This document shows, in pieces, positions 1 through 9,124 of a stretch of 24,000 bases of DNA. The stretch comes from Domibacillus mangrovi (GTDB lineage: Bacteria > Bacillota > Bacilli > Bacillales > Domibacillaceae). Under the pieces are notes generated by a model that ran no database searches, was not told the DNA's origin, and saw nothing but the letters and a program-made list of their open reading frames with translations. Every line of letters begins with the position of its first letter. Position 1 is the stretch's first letter. Position numbers and translations under genes: made by a program. The stretch spans positions 53,931-77,930 of the forward strand of contig NZ_MRWQ01000015.1 of NCBI RefSeq assembly GCF_001906925.1. The letters run 5' to 3'.

Positions 1-1
1 A

Positions 2-646
2 AATATGAGCTTAAACCAACGTCCATTTGAGCAATCTTCTTGGTTTCAAGACTGGACAGTTTTTTATTGGGCTTGGTGGGTTGCTGCTGCGCCATTTGCT
101 GGTTCTTTTATTGCACGTGTTTCTAAAGGAAGAACAGTACGTGAGTTTGTATTAGGCGTGCTTATCGTACCAACAATTTTCGGAATATTGTGGTTTAGTG
201 TATTCGGTGGCACCGCAATTTCTTTAGAAATGTTTGATCATTTTGGAGTAAAAGAAATTATGGAAAATCAAGGAGTAGAAGTTGCATTATTTACTATATT
301 GAAGGGATTACCATTAGGTACAATAATATCATTCCTAGGAATTCTATTAATAGGAACATTCTTTATTACAACTGCAGATTCCGGAACATACGTCCTAGCT
401 ATGCAAAGCACTAATGGTAATTTAAATCCATCAAATTCCATGAAATTTATTTGGGGTATTCTACAATCATTAACTGCCGTTATTCTGTTATGGTCTGGGG
501 GCTTAGGCGCCATAGTCAGTGCGTTAATCATTATTGGATTCCCACTAGCCATCATTTTGATACTTACAATGTTCTCTTTATTGAAGTCCTTTAAAAATGA
601 GGCAGAAAAAAAAAGCTTCAATGAAGAAAAAGAAAAAGTTAGTTAA
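2..646 (+). CDS. BCCT-family (betaine/carnitine/choline-type) osmolyte transporter, C-terminal part; the 5' end lies outside the window
   Basis: The ORF is open to the left window edge. FYWAWWVAAAPFAGSFIARVSKGRTVREF and the TM-rich sequence after it are the hallmark conserved core of BCCT carriers (OpuD/BetL type), which normally lies far from the N-terminus, so the gene is truncated by the window. A terminator follows. Confidence 0.8.
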   Translation, partial: NMSLNQRPFEQSSWFQDWTVFYWAWWVAAAPFAGSFIARVSKGRTVREFVLGVLIVPTIFGILWFSVFGGTAISLEMFDHFGVKEIMENQGVEVALFTILKGLPLGTIISFLGILLIGTFFITTADSGTYVLAMQSTNGNLNPSNSMKFIWGILQSLTAVILLWSGGLGAIVSALIIIGFPLAIILILTMFSLLKSFKNEAEKKSFNEEKEKVS

Positions 647-666
647 TAACATAATACTAAACATTG

Positions 667-699
667 AAAGTACGAAGGTCTCAGACCTTTGTACTTTTT
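667..699 (+). terminator. Rho-independent terminator of the BCCT gene
   Basis: AAAGTACGAAGGTC (667-680) pairs with GACCTTTGTACTTT (684-697) with one G-U position, then a T run. Confidence 0.7.
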
Positions 700-783
700 A
701 TATAAGAGGTTTAGAAACAAAATAGATGATAGAGAAAAAGCCTAAAAGGGAAAGAAAATTCGCAACGTTAGGAGAAAGAGAAT

Positions 784-2022
784 ATGTCAAATTTGCGGGA
801 AGAAGCTCTCAACATGCACAAAGAAAAGAAAGGGAAACTAAGTGTTTCTTTAAAGGTTCCAGTACGTGATGCAACAGATTTAAGTCTTGCATATTCTCCC
901 GGTGTAGCGGAGCCTTGCTTAGAAATTCATAAAGATGAGGATAAAGTTTACGATTATACAATGAAGGGGAATCTTGTGGCGGTCGTATCAAATGGAACGG
1001 CTGTACTTGGTCTCGGGAATATTGGCCCGAAAGCAGCCATGCCCGTTATGGAAGGAAAAGCAGCATTATTCAAATCATTTGCAGATATTGATGCATTCCC
1101 TCTTTGTCTAAATACAGAAGATCCTGATAAAGTGGTCGAAACAGTTCGAGTGTTGGAACCCACCTTTGGTGGAGTGAATTTAGAAGACATTGCGGCCCCT
1201 CAATGTTTTGAAATAGAAGCTCGTTTAAAAAAGGTTTGTCAAATTCCTGTTTTTCATGATGACCAACATGGAACAGCGATTGTCACGGTTGCTGGGCTAA
1301 TCAATGCTTTGAAACTAGCAGACAAAAAAGTAGAAGAAATTCGTGTTGTGATAAATGGGGCGGGTGCTGCAGGGGTGGCGATTATTCATCTCCTTCTTCG
1401 TATAGGAGTGAAAGAAGTCCTATTATGTGACACAAAAGGAATTATTTATGAAGGTCGTCCTGATGGGATGAACCTATTCAAGGAGAGATTAGCTCGTATT
1501 ACGAATAAGGAATTAAAACAAGGGACATTGGCAGAAGCTCTTGTAGGAACAGATGTATTTATCGGCGTATCTGCTGCAGGAGCCGTCACGGAAGAGATGG
1601 TTCGATCTATGAATCATCATCCGATTGTTTTCGCGATGGCTAATCCTACACCTGAAATTTTTCCAGATAAGGCGAAAGCAGCCGGTGCATTCGTTGTAGG
1701 GACAGGCCGTTCTGATTTCCCGAATCAAGTCAATAATGTACTTGCATTTCCAGGCATTTTCCGTGGGGCTTTAGATGTTCAGGCAAAAGAAATTAACGAA
1801 GAAATGAAGCTTGCCGCCGTCTATGCGATTGCTGAATTAGTCTCTGAAAACCTCCATACAGATTATGTGATTCCAGATCCATTTGATCGAAGAGTAGCCG
1901 CATATGTAGCTTCCGCTGTTGCAAAAGCAGCAATAGAAACGGGTGTTGCCCAAAAGATCGTTAATCCGACAGAAATACAATACCGATTGCTTAAGCTCTC
2001 TAAGGAAAAAGAATACGCATAA
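784..2022 (+). CDS. ytsJ: NAD(P)-dependent malic enzyme (malate dehydrogenase, oxaloacetate-decarboxylating), short YtsJ type
   Basis: 412 aa, collinear with my recollection of B. subtilis YtsJ. Shared blocks include [63 protein letters not shown] and [15 protein letters not shown] is AGGAGAAAGAG upstream of the ATG. Confidence 0.88.
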   Translation: MSNLREEALNMHKEKKGKLSVSLKVPVRDATDLSLAYSPGVAEPCLEIHKDEDKVYDYTMKGNLVAVVSNGTAVLGLGNIGPKAAMPVMEGKAALFKSFADIDAFPLCLNTEDPDKVVETVRVLEPTFGGVNLEDIAAPQCFEIEARLKKVCQIPVFHDDQHGTAIVTVAGLINALKLADKKVEEIRVVINGAGAAGVAIIHLLLRIGVKEVLLCDTKGIIYEGRPDGMNLFKERLARITNKELKQGTLAEALVGTDVFIGVSAAGAVTEEMVRSMNHHPIVFAMANPTPEIFPDKAKAAGAFVVGTGRSDFPNQVNNVLAFPGIFRGALDVQAKEINEEMKLAAVYAIAELVSENLHTDYVIPDPFDRRVAAYVASAVAKAAIETGVAQKIVNPTEIQYRLLKLSKEKEYA

Positions 2023-2105
2023 AAAGCAGGGGGTATTATCTTATAGCCATCAAGTTAAGCAAAGCGCTGACAAAAAGGACGTTTTACAGAGAAGCTTAGG
2101 TGTAA

Positions 2106-2137
2106 CCTTCCATAAGAAGTCAATGGGAAGTTTTTTT
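2106..2137 (+). terminator. Rho-independent terminator downstream of the malic enzyme gene
   Basis: CCTTCCAT (2106-2113) pairs with ATGGGAAG (2123-2130, one bulged G), followed by T7 (2131-2137). The T tract runs into the left TTTAT of repeat copy A. Confidence 0.6.
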
Positions 2138-2409
2138 ATCCCGCATTAACGGGCAGTAAGACCCCCGTTTCAAGACGTCGAAAAGAAGGATAAGCGGGGG
2201 ATCAACTGTCCGTAAAAGCCCGATTGGTTCGGGCCGGCTGAAGCCGGTCACTTAGGTATTGCCGCAGGACGCGGCGCTCTTTACCTGAGTTCCTTTTTAT
2301 TCAGTGGGGGATAAGCGGAACGCAGACTAAGATCGTCACGTCCTGTGACAACGTCTGCATGATTCACATCCTGTGAACCTAATCTCCACTGAATGAAGTT
2401 TCACTTTAT
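2135..2409 (+). repeat. Copy A (most complete, 275 bp) of a dispersed modular hairpin-dense element
   Basis: Shares long near-identical blocks with 6171-6413, 20293-20449 and 23785-23986. It contains seven predicted helices (see findings), starts with TTTATCCCGCATTAAC and ends with GAAGTTTCACTTTAT. Confidence 0.95.
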
Positions 2410-2557
2410 CCTATTTAATCAGATTTTCTGACTAACGAAAGAACTCCAACGATAACACTCAATAGGTAGATTAGTAAGAATGTATAAACATTGAAAAAAA
2501 GACTATTTGTATATTGGTTAAACCAACCGAAGCGATAAATTCGTGAGTTTTCATTGG

Positions 2558-2878
2558 CTAGCGCCCCCCTAGTGCAGCTACAAGTTCATTCGTATGCTCA
2601 ATTATTAAAAATAGTAATAAGAAACAGCTTACAAAACAAAGAGTTAAGATAATCATGTTTAATTTCTTACTAATTCTATCTATAAGTATCGTCCTCGTCA
2701 TCTTAGCTGTAAGGAAATAGGCGGCAATAAAGAACGGGGATAACCCTGATATCGCTAAAATACCAAGATTTCCATTACCAGAGGTTGTATCAGGTGGTAT
2801 CGTAAATAACCATTCTATTGCAATAAATCCAATGAATGAAACAAGAAGTAACCCTAAAGTTAAATATTTCATTTTCAA
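2558..2878 (-). CDS. Hypothetical small integral membrane protein (about 3 TM segments)
   Basis: 106-aa ORF with TTG start 9 nt after AAGGAG (2893-2888). It has three long hydrophobic stretches and AT-rich codon usage. No family recognised. Confidence 0.55.
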   Translation of the reverse strand: MKMKYLTLGLLLVSFIGFIAIEWLFTIPPDTTSGNGNLGILAISGLSPFFIAAYFLTAKMTRTILIDRISKKLNMIILTLCFVSCFLLLFLIIEHTNELVAALGGR

Positions 2879-3040
2879 AATAGATCACTCCTTGATTAAA
2901 ATATAACCATTATTATGGTGAAATGATAGATCAATTTTAATAGAATAAATGCATATATTACCATAATTTATCTAGTATGGTCTGCTTATTTTGGTTTTTT
3001 ATAGTATAATAGCCAAAAAAGTAGGGGAGCACATGTTTAC

Positions 3041-4186
3041 ATGACAGGGCAAAGAAGTGGGGTAAGACGGAAAAAGCGTCGGTTGAAACGGTCGATACGG
3101 CTCACGGTAGCAGCCTTTTTTTTATTAATTATCGGGGCACTTATGGTGAATGTGGTGACGACAAAGCAAGAAGTGAGCAATGTAGAAATTGAGCAGCAGC
3201 CGAAACAAATAGTGGAAACGAAAGAACCGGAAAAAACAACGATTACGATTAGCGCAGCCGGCGATTTTACGCTCGGTACGGATGAGTCGTTCACATATGA
3301 AGGATCATTTCCGCATGAAGCAGAGAAAAAGGGATTGTCACACTTTGTCAGCGGGCTTGGCGGTGTGTTTAAAGAAGATGATCTGTCGACGGTTAATTTA
3401 GAAACAACATTAACAGAAGCAACGAAAAAAGCAGAGAAGAAGTTCCGCTTTAAAGGGGATCCCGACTATGCGCAAATTTTGACAATGGGTGGGATTGAAG
3501 CGGTCAACTTGGCGAATAACCATATATATGATTACTTGCAGCAAGGCTATGATGACACGATTGTGAATCTGGAAAAAGAAAAGATCGGATATTTTGGCTA
3601 TGACAATCACTTTGAAACGGAAGTTAAAGGAATAAACGTCGGCGCACTCGGTTATGAAGGCTGGCAGGATAGCATAGAAATCCGTGAACAAGTAGAGAAA
3701 GACATACAGAAAATGCGCAATGACGGCGTGGAAATCATCATCGTTCATTTTCACTGGGGTGTTGAGCGAAGCTATGTGCCGGAAGAGTCGCAAAAGACAC
3801 TTGCACGGTTTACAGTAGACACGGGAGCTGATCTCGTTGTCGGCCATCATCCACATGTCGTGCAGGGAATTGAAGAGTATAATGACAAATTTATTGTCTA
3901 CAGCTTAGGAAACTTTATGTTCGGCGGCAACAGGAACCCGGCGGATAAAGACACCTACGTGTTCCAGCAGACGTATCATTTAGAAGACGGAAAGCTGACG
4001 GATAAGAAAGAAATAAAGGTCGTGCCGTTTTCAATTTCGTCATTAATGGAGCGAAATGACTACCAGCCGACTCGTTTAGAGGGCACTGAAAAAGAACGAG
4101 TAATGAATAAAATTATTGATGCATCAAACCGGATCAATGGAACGGACGTTGACTGGATGAAATATGAAACAAAACCGCCCAATTAA
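3041..4186 (+). CDS. CapA/PgsA-family (poly-gamma-glutamate capsule synthesis-like) metallophosphoesterase-fold protein with N-terminal membrane anchor
   Basis: 381 aa. A basic N-terminus plus TM (LTVAAFFLLIIGALMV) is followed by CapA-family blocks ISAAGDFTLG, NLANNH, HFHWGVE, VVGHHPHVVQG and YSLGNFMFGG. Confidence 0.75.
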   Translation: MTGQRSGVRRKKRRLKRSIRLTVAAFFLLIIGALMVNVVTTKQEVSNVEIEQQPKQIVETKEPEKTTITISAAGDFTLGTDESFTYEGSFPHEAEKKGLSHFVSGLGGVFKEDDLSTVNLETTLTEATKKAEKKFRFKGDPDYAQILTMGGIEAVNLANNHIYDYLQQGYDDTIVNLEKEKIGYFGYDNHFETEVKGINVGALGYEGWQDSIEIREQVEKDIQKMRNDGVEIIIVHFHWGVERSYVPEESQKTLARFTVDTGADLVVGHHPHVVQGIEEYNDKFIVYSLGNFMFGGNRNPADKDTYVFQQTYHLEDGKLTDKKEIKVVPFSISSLMERNDYQPTRLEGTEKERVMNKIIDASNRINGTDVDWMKYETKPPN

Positions 4187-4201
4187 CGGACGGTTTTTTT
4201 T
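4171..4201 (+). terminator. Probable terminator overlapping the CapA-like stop codon
   Basis: AAAACCGCC (4171-4179) pairs with GGACGGTTTT (4188-4197, one mismatch), followed by a long T run. Confidence 0.55.
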
Positions 4202-4389
4202 GTCTATAAATTGAAAGAAAGGGCGCTTAATCTTGGTTCATTGAGTTAAGAAATGTACATATAGATTTTCTTTACCCAGGGGAAAAGGAAGGTAAACAAT
4301 ATTTCGAAAAAATAAATTTTTTTTTGAGTGTTTTATTCTTTTGGAATAAAGGTATATTAACTGTAACAACTAGGAAAGGACAGAGGGAA

Positions 4390-4536
4390 ATGAAAGAAAA
4401 ATCAGATAAATTTATTATATCAGCATACAATAGAGCTGTGGAACTTCAACTTGAACCGGAATTTATTCGACTTTTAGAAATTGAGCTCGAACGACGAGGG
4501 ATTAAATATAGATTTTACTATGCACAACGTATGTGA
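4390..4536 (+). CDS. sda: Sda-like sporulation histidine-kinase inhibitor (48 aa)
   Basis: KSDKFIISAYNRAVELQLEPEFIRLLEIELERRGI aligns with my recollection of B. subtilis Sda ([35 protein letters not shown]). The ATG at 4390 is preceded by AGGAAAGGACAGAGGGA. The upstream part of the track ORF (from 4324) has no support. Confidence 0.7.
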   Translation: MKEKSDKFIISAYNRAVELQLEPEFIRLLEIELERRGIKYRFYYAQRM

Positions 4537-4551
4537 TAGATGAACAACGTT

Positions 4552-5346
4552 TTATTTAGAGAATCCCCAAACTTCTTTAAGAGTGTTTCGAAAAAGTTGG
4601 TCGAGCTGCGGTGTTGGATCTGGGATATGGAAGCTGACGCTTTTAGCATATGCTTCAAGCATGATCAATTCTTCTGTCAAAAAAGTATTGATCATGCTGA
4701 TTTTTGGCTCAAGATCAAGTTCATCACCAACGCTTTTTCGTTTAAGTAATGTTTTGATTTCTATTTTTAATGGTCCGTCCGGTACGATGCGTCCAAGCAG
4801 TGTATGAAATTCATTTGGCGGGAATTCATTGTACAGGGCAATCCATTTTGCAGCTAGCACGGGGCGTAAAACATAAAATTATTTCTTTATTTTCACATGA
4901 TCGGCCTGCAAAAATTCACGGAAGTTTTTGTTCGCCATATTTAGATAATGATACAGGCAGGACGACGGTGCAAAAATGCTTTCGCTCAACATGTTCATCT
5001 GATCAATCGTCGAAAAGGCTTCGTAATAGACAATGCTGGATCGGAGCCACTCCAAAAGCGGCGGATGCGATTTACGGAACAATTTCAATGCTTTCGTCAA
5101 CTCCCAACCACTTATGTCAAGTAAATCGTTGATGGGCAGCTCAATTACGTCACGTTTTTTACCGACACCGACTAGATCAATGCTTAGATAATAATCGGCC
5201 GGATGCACGTAAATAAACCGGACATCATAATCACTGGCTTTCGATGGAAATCCCCACGCCCGGCTTCCGGCTTCGCATGCGTACAATATTTTCACATTGT
5301 CGTCTGTTTCGATTTTTTTCAGTGCATCAAGGATCATTTTGTTCAT
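4552..5346 (-). pseudogene. YcgL/PF10127-type predicted nucleotidyltransferase interrupted by a single in-frame TAA
   Basis: Track ORFs 4879-5433 and 4552-4860 are in the same frame. Read through, the sequence is ...ADHVKIKK*FYVLRPVLAAKWIALYNE... with the TAA at 4879-4881. The N-terminal part has ILYACEAGSRAWGFPSKASDYDVRFIYVH and DISGWELTKALKLFRKS.P.LLEWL, typical of the family. The likely true start is ATG 5346, 7 nt after GGAGGG. Confidence 0.75.
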
Positions 5347-5489
5347 TACGAATCCCTCCATAAAAATTGTAAGGTAGCTTTGACTCGTTATGTTTCTTTT
5401 CTTAACTATGTGTGATGATGTCCATTTCGTCAATTCAAAAACAAGAATGGGAAAAGGCTGAAGTAAGGAATGTTTACTAGAATCATATG

Positions 5490-5520
5490 AGAATTAAAAT
5501 GCAAACAAGCATGCTATAAT
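5490..5520 (+). promoter_or_regulatory. Candidate extended -10 promoter for the signal peptidase gene
   Basis: TGCTATAAT at 5512-5520 (TGnTATAAT form), 37 nt upstream of the ATG. The -35 is weak. Confidence 0.35.
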
Positions 5521-5556
5521 AATATCGAAATATAAAAATAAAAGGGATGTGCATGT

Positions 5557-6105
5557 ATGGAGCAGGAGTCGATGCGAGCGGAGATTTTGTCATGGATAAA
5601 AGCGATCGTACTGGCGGTTGTTGTGACGGCTGCATGTAAGTATTTTTTCTTTGAGGGTGTTGTTGTGCACGGGGAGTCGATGCTACCGACGTTTGAGGAT
5701 AATGACAAAGTGATTGTAAGCAAGATGACGAATGTTGAGCGTTTTGATCAGATTGTGTTTCATGCACCTGATTCCGAAGATAATTATATAAAGCGTGTTA
5801 TCGGTGTGCCGGGTGATGCGGTTGAGATGAAAGACGATGTGCTCTATATTAACAAAAAAGCGGTAGATGAGCCTTATTTAGAGGAAAATAAAGAAAGTCT
5901 GATCATCGGACAGAAGTTGACCGCTGATTTTACGTTAGCGGAATTGACGGCTCATGATACAGTGCCGGATGGGTATTTGTTTGTGCTTGGAGATAACCGA
6001 TCAGTGAGCAAAGACAGCCGCACTTTCGGTTTGATTCGAGAAGATTCGGTGATTGGCGAAGTACAGCTGCGGTTTTATCCATTGAGTTCGATTAAGGCTT
6101 ATTAA
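5557..6105 (+). CDS. Type I signal peptidase (SipS/LepB family)
   Basis: 182 aa. An N-terminal TM is followed by the catalytic boxes GESMLPTF (Ser), YIKRVIGVPGD (Lys) and GDNRSVSKDSR. Confidence 0.88.
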   Translation: MEQESMRAEILSWIKAIVLAVVVTAACKYFFFEGVVVHGESMLPTFEDNDKVIVSKMTNVERFDQIVFHAPDSEDNYIKRVIGVPGDAVEMKDDVLYINKKAVDEPYLEENKESLIIGQKLTADFTLAELTAHDTVPDGYLFVLGDNRSVSKDSRTFGLIREDSVIGEVQLRFYPLSSIKAY

Positions 6106-6135
6106 AAAACGTTCCGTGCCAGGGACGTTTTTTTG
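6106..6135 (+). terminator. Rho-independent terminator of the signal peptidase gene
   Basis: AAAACGTTCC (6106-6115) pairs with GGGACGTTTT (6122-6131, one G-U), then a T run. Confidence 0.7.
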
Positions 6136-6170
6136 TTTACATATTAAATGGCTATCAACGAATAGAATAG

Positions 6171-6413
6171 TTTATCCCGCATTAACGGGCAGTAAGACCC
6201 CCGCTTCAAGACTTTGAAAAGAAAAGAAGGATAAGCGGGGAATCAACTGCCTGTAAAAGCCCGATTGGTTCGGGCCGGCTCAGGTATTGCCGTAGGACGC
6301 GGTGCTCTTTACCTGAGTTCGGAACGCAGACTAAGATCGTCACGTCCTGTGACAACGTCTGCATGATTCACATCGTGTGAACCTAACCCCTACTGAATGA
6401 AGTTTCACTTTAT
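6171..6413 (+). repeat. Copy B (243 bp) of the modular hairpin element
   Basis: Same ends as copy A. It lacks the 3' half of helix HP3 and the 5' arm of long-range helix HP5. Confidence 0.95.
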
Positions 6414-6512
6414 TTTTATGAAATTTGGGTAAATTGAATAGTCAGAATGAATAGAATCATATAAAATGTCATGATAGATGGGTACTTTAACCTAGAAAGG
6501 AATCATAATTTT

Positions 6513-8483
6513 ATGTATATCTCGATTAAATGGAAAATATTAACCCCGATTATTATTTCGCTCGTTCTTGTGTTTGTGGCGTTTTCATTCTTTTTGACGA
6601 ATCAGATGGAAAAGTCGCTTGTACAAAAAGGAGAAGCGGTCGTATCATCCATTCAGTTTGGATTGGAAGATATGATTGTGGCACGTGAGACAGCGGAATC
6701 GATACTAGAAAAAGAAATGGTTGGCCAAGCGGCGATGACCTCGCTTTTGTTTGAGAAAGGAACAACGTATGAAGAGCTAGTCACACTTGCTAAGAAATCT
6801 GGTCTTGATGAGTTCTGGATTACAGACGAAAGGGGGAATACGATTTTAACAAATATGGCCCCGTCTGTTCAGTTTAATTTCGGAAGCGATCCGGATGGGC
6901 AAGCATATGAATTTATGAAGCTTTTAACGGGTGAAGAGACAGTTGTGACGCAAAAAGCAGCGGTACGTTCTGTCGATGACAAGTTTTATAAATTTGTCGG
7001 GGTAACGGGCTGGAATGATTTGCGCATTGTGCAGGTTGGACGCGATGGAGCCATGCTGAAGGAGCTTGATCAGCACATTGGCGTTGTGCCGATGATTGAT
7101 AGTTTGAAACATGAATTAGGTGACGAAGTGAAATATGCCGCTGTTGTATTAGAATCAGGTGATGTAGTGGCGTCCACGAATGAATCAGTGTCACTTGGAG
7201 CAGGCATAACAGATGGAAAACAGTGGAAGGATACGATTGATGGAAAAAGTGTTATGTATTTTGCCAAGTCGCTATCTAATGGGCAAATGCTTGTCGTGGC
7301 GCTGTCCAATGAAGTCATGCAAACAGCGCAATGGTACACAGGTTTGGCGGCATTGATCAGCGTAATGCTTGTTATTTTTATTACCTATTTTGTTGTGAGA
7401 CGATTGATGAAGCCTCTCGATGAGATGAGGGGATCGCTTGAAGAAATTAGCAGTGGAGAAGGTGATTTAACAGCGCGTCTTGACATATCAAGAAAGGATG
7501 AAATCGGCAAGCTTGCATCTGCGTTTAATAAAACAATTTCTGAAATACAAACGATTATCGTTGGGGTGAAACAAACTGCGTCGCATGTTGTAGAGTCAAC
7601 GGTGTCATTGTCAGCATTGACGAAGGCGACGACCGATGAAACAGGGTTCATGTTGGAATCGATGCGGCAGATTGAATCGGGCGCGGCGACACAGACAGCA
7701 ATGACCGCTGAATGTGTGCAGACGACAACGGCTCTGGCGCACAGGCTTCAAGACATTACAGAAGCGTCAGGAGACTTATTCGGCCAGTCAGAGAAAACGA
7801 AAGAAGCGGCGGAAACAGGTCATAGCATCATCACAGAGGCAGTGGGGCAAATGAACATCATTGATGAATCGGTTTATGCTTTATCAGCAACGATTGACGT
7901 TCTTCAGTCAAATACAATGGAAATTGGCTCCTTTCTGTCCACGATTTCTGCCATTTCCTCTCAGACTAATTTGCTGGCGCTGAACGCTGCGATTGAAGCA
8001 GCACGTGCAGGTGAACATGGACGAGGATTTTCCATTGTCGCTAATGAAGTTCGAAAGCTTGCGGAACAGACAGACGATGCGACGGGGCAAATACAGTCAT
8101 TGATCAATCGGATGCAGGAGGAAGTGGAGCAGTCCGCAAAACGGATGACAGAAAGCAGCGAGTATGTAGAAAAAGGAAAAATAATTACAGGAGAAGCGGG
8201 ACAATCATTCATGAATGTGCTTGAAGAAATTCGCGGCATGGCCCTGAAGTTGAAGGCGATCACGACTGCGACAGATGAAGTGGCAGCCGGGACGGAAGAG
8301 GTGAACGCCGCAAATGAAACGATTGCAGGCGCATCCAATGAAGCGCAAAGCTACATTGAAGACATTGCTGAAAAATGTGTGGTTCAAAGTGAACGGATGA
8401 ATGAGATGAGTACGAGTATTCAAGAACTGCGTGAAAGCTCCGAACAACTCCACAGCAGTGTCCATCATTTTAAAACAGACTAA
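6513..8483 (+). CDS. Methyl-accepting chemotaxis protein (TM, about 270-aa extracytoplasmic sensor, TM, HAMP, MA domain)
   Basis: The C-terminal half carries the MCP signalling hairpin [43 protein letters not shown]-like segment ([10 protein letters not shown]...[11 protein letters not shown]) follows TM2. Preferred start is ATG 6513 (MYISIKWK), 9 nt after AAAGGA, rather than the track start 6471. Confidence 0.88.
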   Translation: MYISIKWKILTPIIISLVLVFVAFSFFLTNQMEKSLVQKGEAVVSSIQFGLEDMIVARETAESILEKEMVGQAAMTSLLFEKGTTYEELVTLAKKSGLDEFWITDERGNTILTNMAPSVQFNFGSDPDGQAYEFMKLLTGEETVVTQKAAVRSVDDKFYKFVGVTGWNDLRIVQVGRDGAMLKELDQHIGVVPMIDSLKHELGDEVKYAAVVLESGDVVASTNESVSLGAGITDGKQWKDTIDGKSVMYFAKSLSNGQMLVVALSNEVMQTAQWYTGLAALISVMLVIFITYFVVRRLMKPLDEMRGSLEEISSGEGDLTARLDISRKDEIGKLASAFNKTISEIQTIIVGVKQTASHVVESTVSLSALTKATTDETGFMLESMRQIESGAATQTAMTAECVQTTTALAHRLQDITEASGDLFGQSEKTKEAAETGHSIITEAVGQMNIIDESVYALSATIDVLQSNTMEIGSFLSTISAISSQTNLLALNAAIEAARAGEHGRGFSIVANEVRKLAEQTDDATGQIQSLINRMQEEVEQSAKRMTESSEYVEKGKIITGEAGQSFMNVLEEIRGMALKLKAITTATDEVAAGTEEVNAANETIAGASNEAQSYIEDIAEKCVVQSERMNEMSTSIQELRESSEQLHSSVHHFKTD

Positions 8484-8610
8484 CTTAAATGTTTAGGAAC
8501 GAATCGGTGGAAATAGAGGGGGAAACGTATAGACGAATTGCATTGCGATTAAAATGTGATAATACATATGATATACTTACTACTCACAAACAACAGAAAA
8601 GAGGCACACT

Positions 8611-9090
8611 ATGCTCACATTTGAAGAAAAAAAAGCGATTATCGAGACATTTCCGCAGTTGACGGCGAAAGATGTTTCGATGAAGCGCGTCAATTACCAT
8701 TTTGAAGACAGCTTGTATGAAAAAACGGTTGTTGTTCATCACCTTCACCCAAACGGAAACGGCTTTGTTTTCGTCGCCGATTTGCCGGGCTATAACGTGA
8801 ATGATAAAGGACTTGTGAATATTCGTGAGGCGAGTGAAGCAGAGCTGCGCGCAGCGATTGCAGATTCAATTCGCTATCTTTCAGATAAACCGGAAGATGA
8901 AGTGATCGAACAAGTGCCTTTATCTGAAGAACAGGAATGGCGGAATCGTGAAGGTCAAACGCTTCTTCTCGCGAATGAGGATTTATTGTGGAATGTGTAC
9001 ACAGGGCTCAATTTAGAAGAAAGCTTTGAATCCTTTAAAGAAGCAGAACGGTATCTGTTAGAAGAAGGATTCCGTCCGTATACGAAATAA
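8611..9090 (+). CDS. Conserved-looking hypothetical cytoplasmic protein (159 aa, acidic)
   Basis: Clean ORF with RBS AAGAGG 6 nt upstream and codon usage like its neighbours. No family recognised. Confidence 0.6.
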   Translation: MLTFEEKKAIIETFPQLTAKDVSMKRVNYHFEDSLYEKTVVVHHLHPNGNGFVFVADLPGYNVNDKGLVNIREASEAELRAAIADSIRYLSDKPEDEVIEQVPLSEEQEWRNREGQTLLLANEDLLWNVYTGLNLEESFESFKEAERYLLEEGFRPYTK

Positions 9091-9094
9091 AGAA

Positions 9095-9124
9095 ATAGGC
9101 CGCATGCAAATGCGGTCTATTTTA
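9095..9124. terminator. Bidirectional terminator between convergent genes
   Basis: ATAGGCCGCAT (9095-9105) pairs with ATGCGGTCTAT (9110-9120, one G-U), flanked by A and T runs. It overlaps the TetR stop codon (9117-9119). Confidence 0.6.

Noticed and set aside
2393-2431. A conserved ATG at the element's right end (ATGAAGTTTCACTTTAT = M-K-F-H-F-I) reading outward into the flank in all four copies
   Set aside because: No Shine-Dalgarno precedes it (the upstream sequence is CCCCACTGA). In copies A, B and C the frames stop after 10-12 codons of unrelated flank sequence, and copy D runs off the window. It looks like a coincidental ATG rather than a conserved peptide.
3037-3856. Antisense ORFs (85 aa and 148 aa) within the CapA-like gene
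   Set aside because: They lie opposite a motif-supported CDS and have no start-site signals.
4187-4389. DnaA boxes upstream of sda, as in B. subtilis where sda is DnaA-controlled
   Set aside because: I looked for TTATCCACA / TGTGGATAA-like 9-mers in the 200 bp upstream and found none with one mismatch or fewer by eye. I make no claim here; a proper pattern scan would be needed.
4540-5415. Plus-strand ORFs (69-120 aa) overlapping the YcgL-like pseudogene
   Set aside because: The minus strand carries a recognisable conserved family over the entire span. The plus-strand frames have no signals and no recognisable motifs.
5483-5767. Minus-strand 94-aa and 69-aa ORFs overlapping the signal peptidase promoter and start
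   Set aside because: Their composition is low-complexity Gln/Ser/Pro-rich, they overlap a well-supported CDS and its promoter, and they have no RBS.
6414-6512. SigD-type promoters (TAAA-N15-GCCGATAT) upstream of the two MCP genes, also checked at 19693-19800 on the minus strand
   Set aside because: Only poor partial matches were found (for example TAAA-N15-GAATAGAA), which is not good enough to annotate.
6553-8468. Multiple 60-125-aa antisense ORFs inside the first MCP gene, with the analogous + strand ORFs at 17992-18901 inside the second MCP gene
   Set aside because: They lie opposite well-supported MCP frames, have no translation signals, and their composition is typical of antisense alanine/serine-rich coiled-coil coding sequence.
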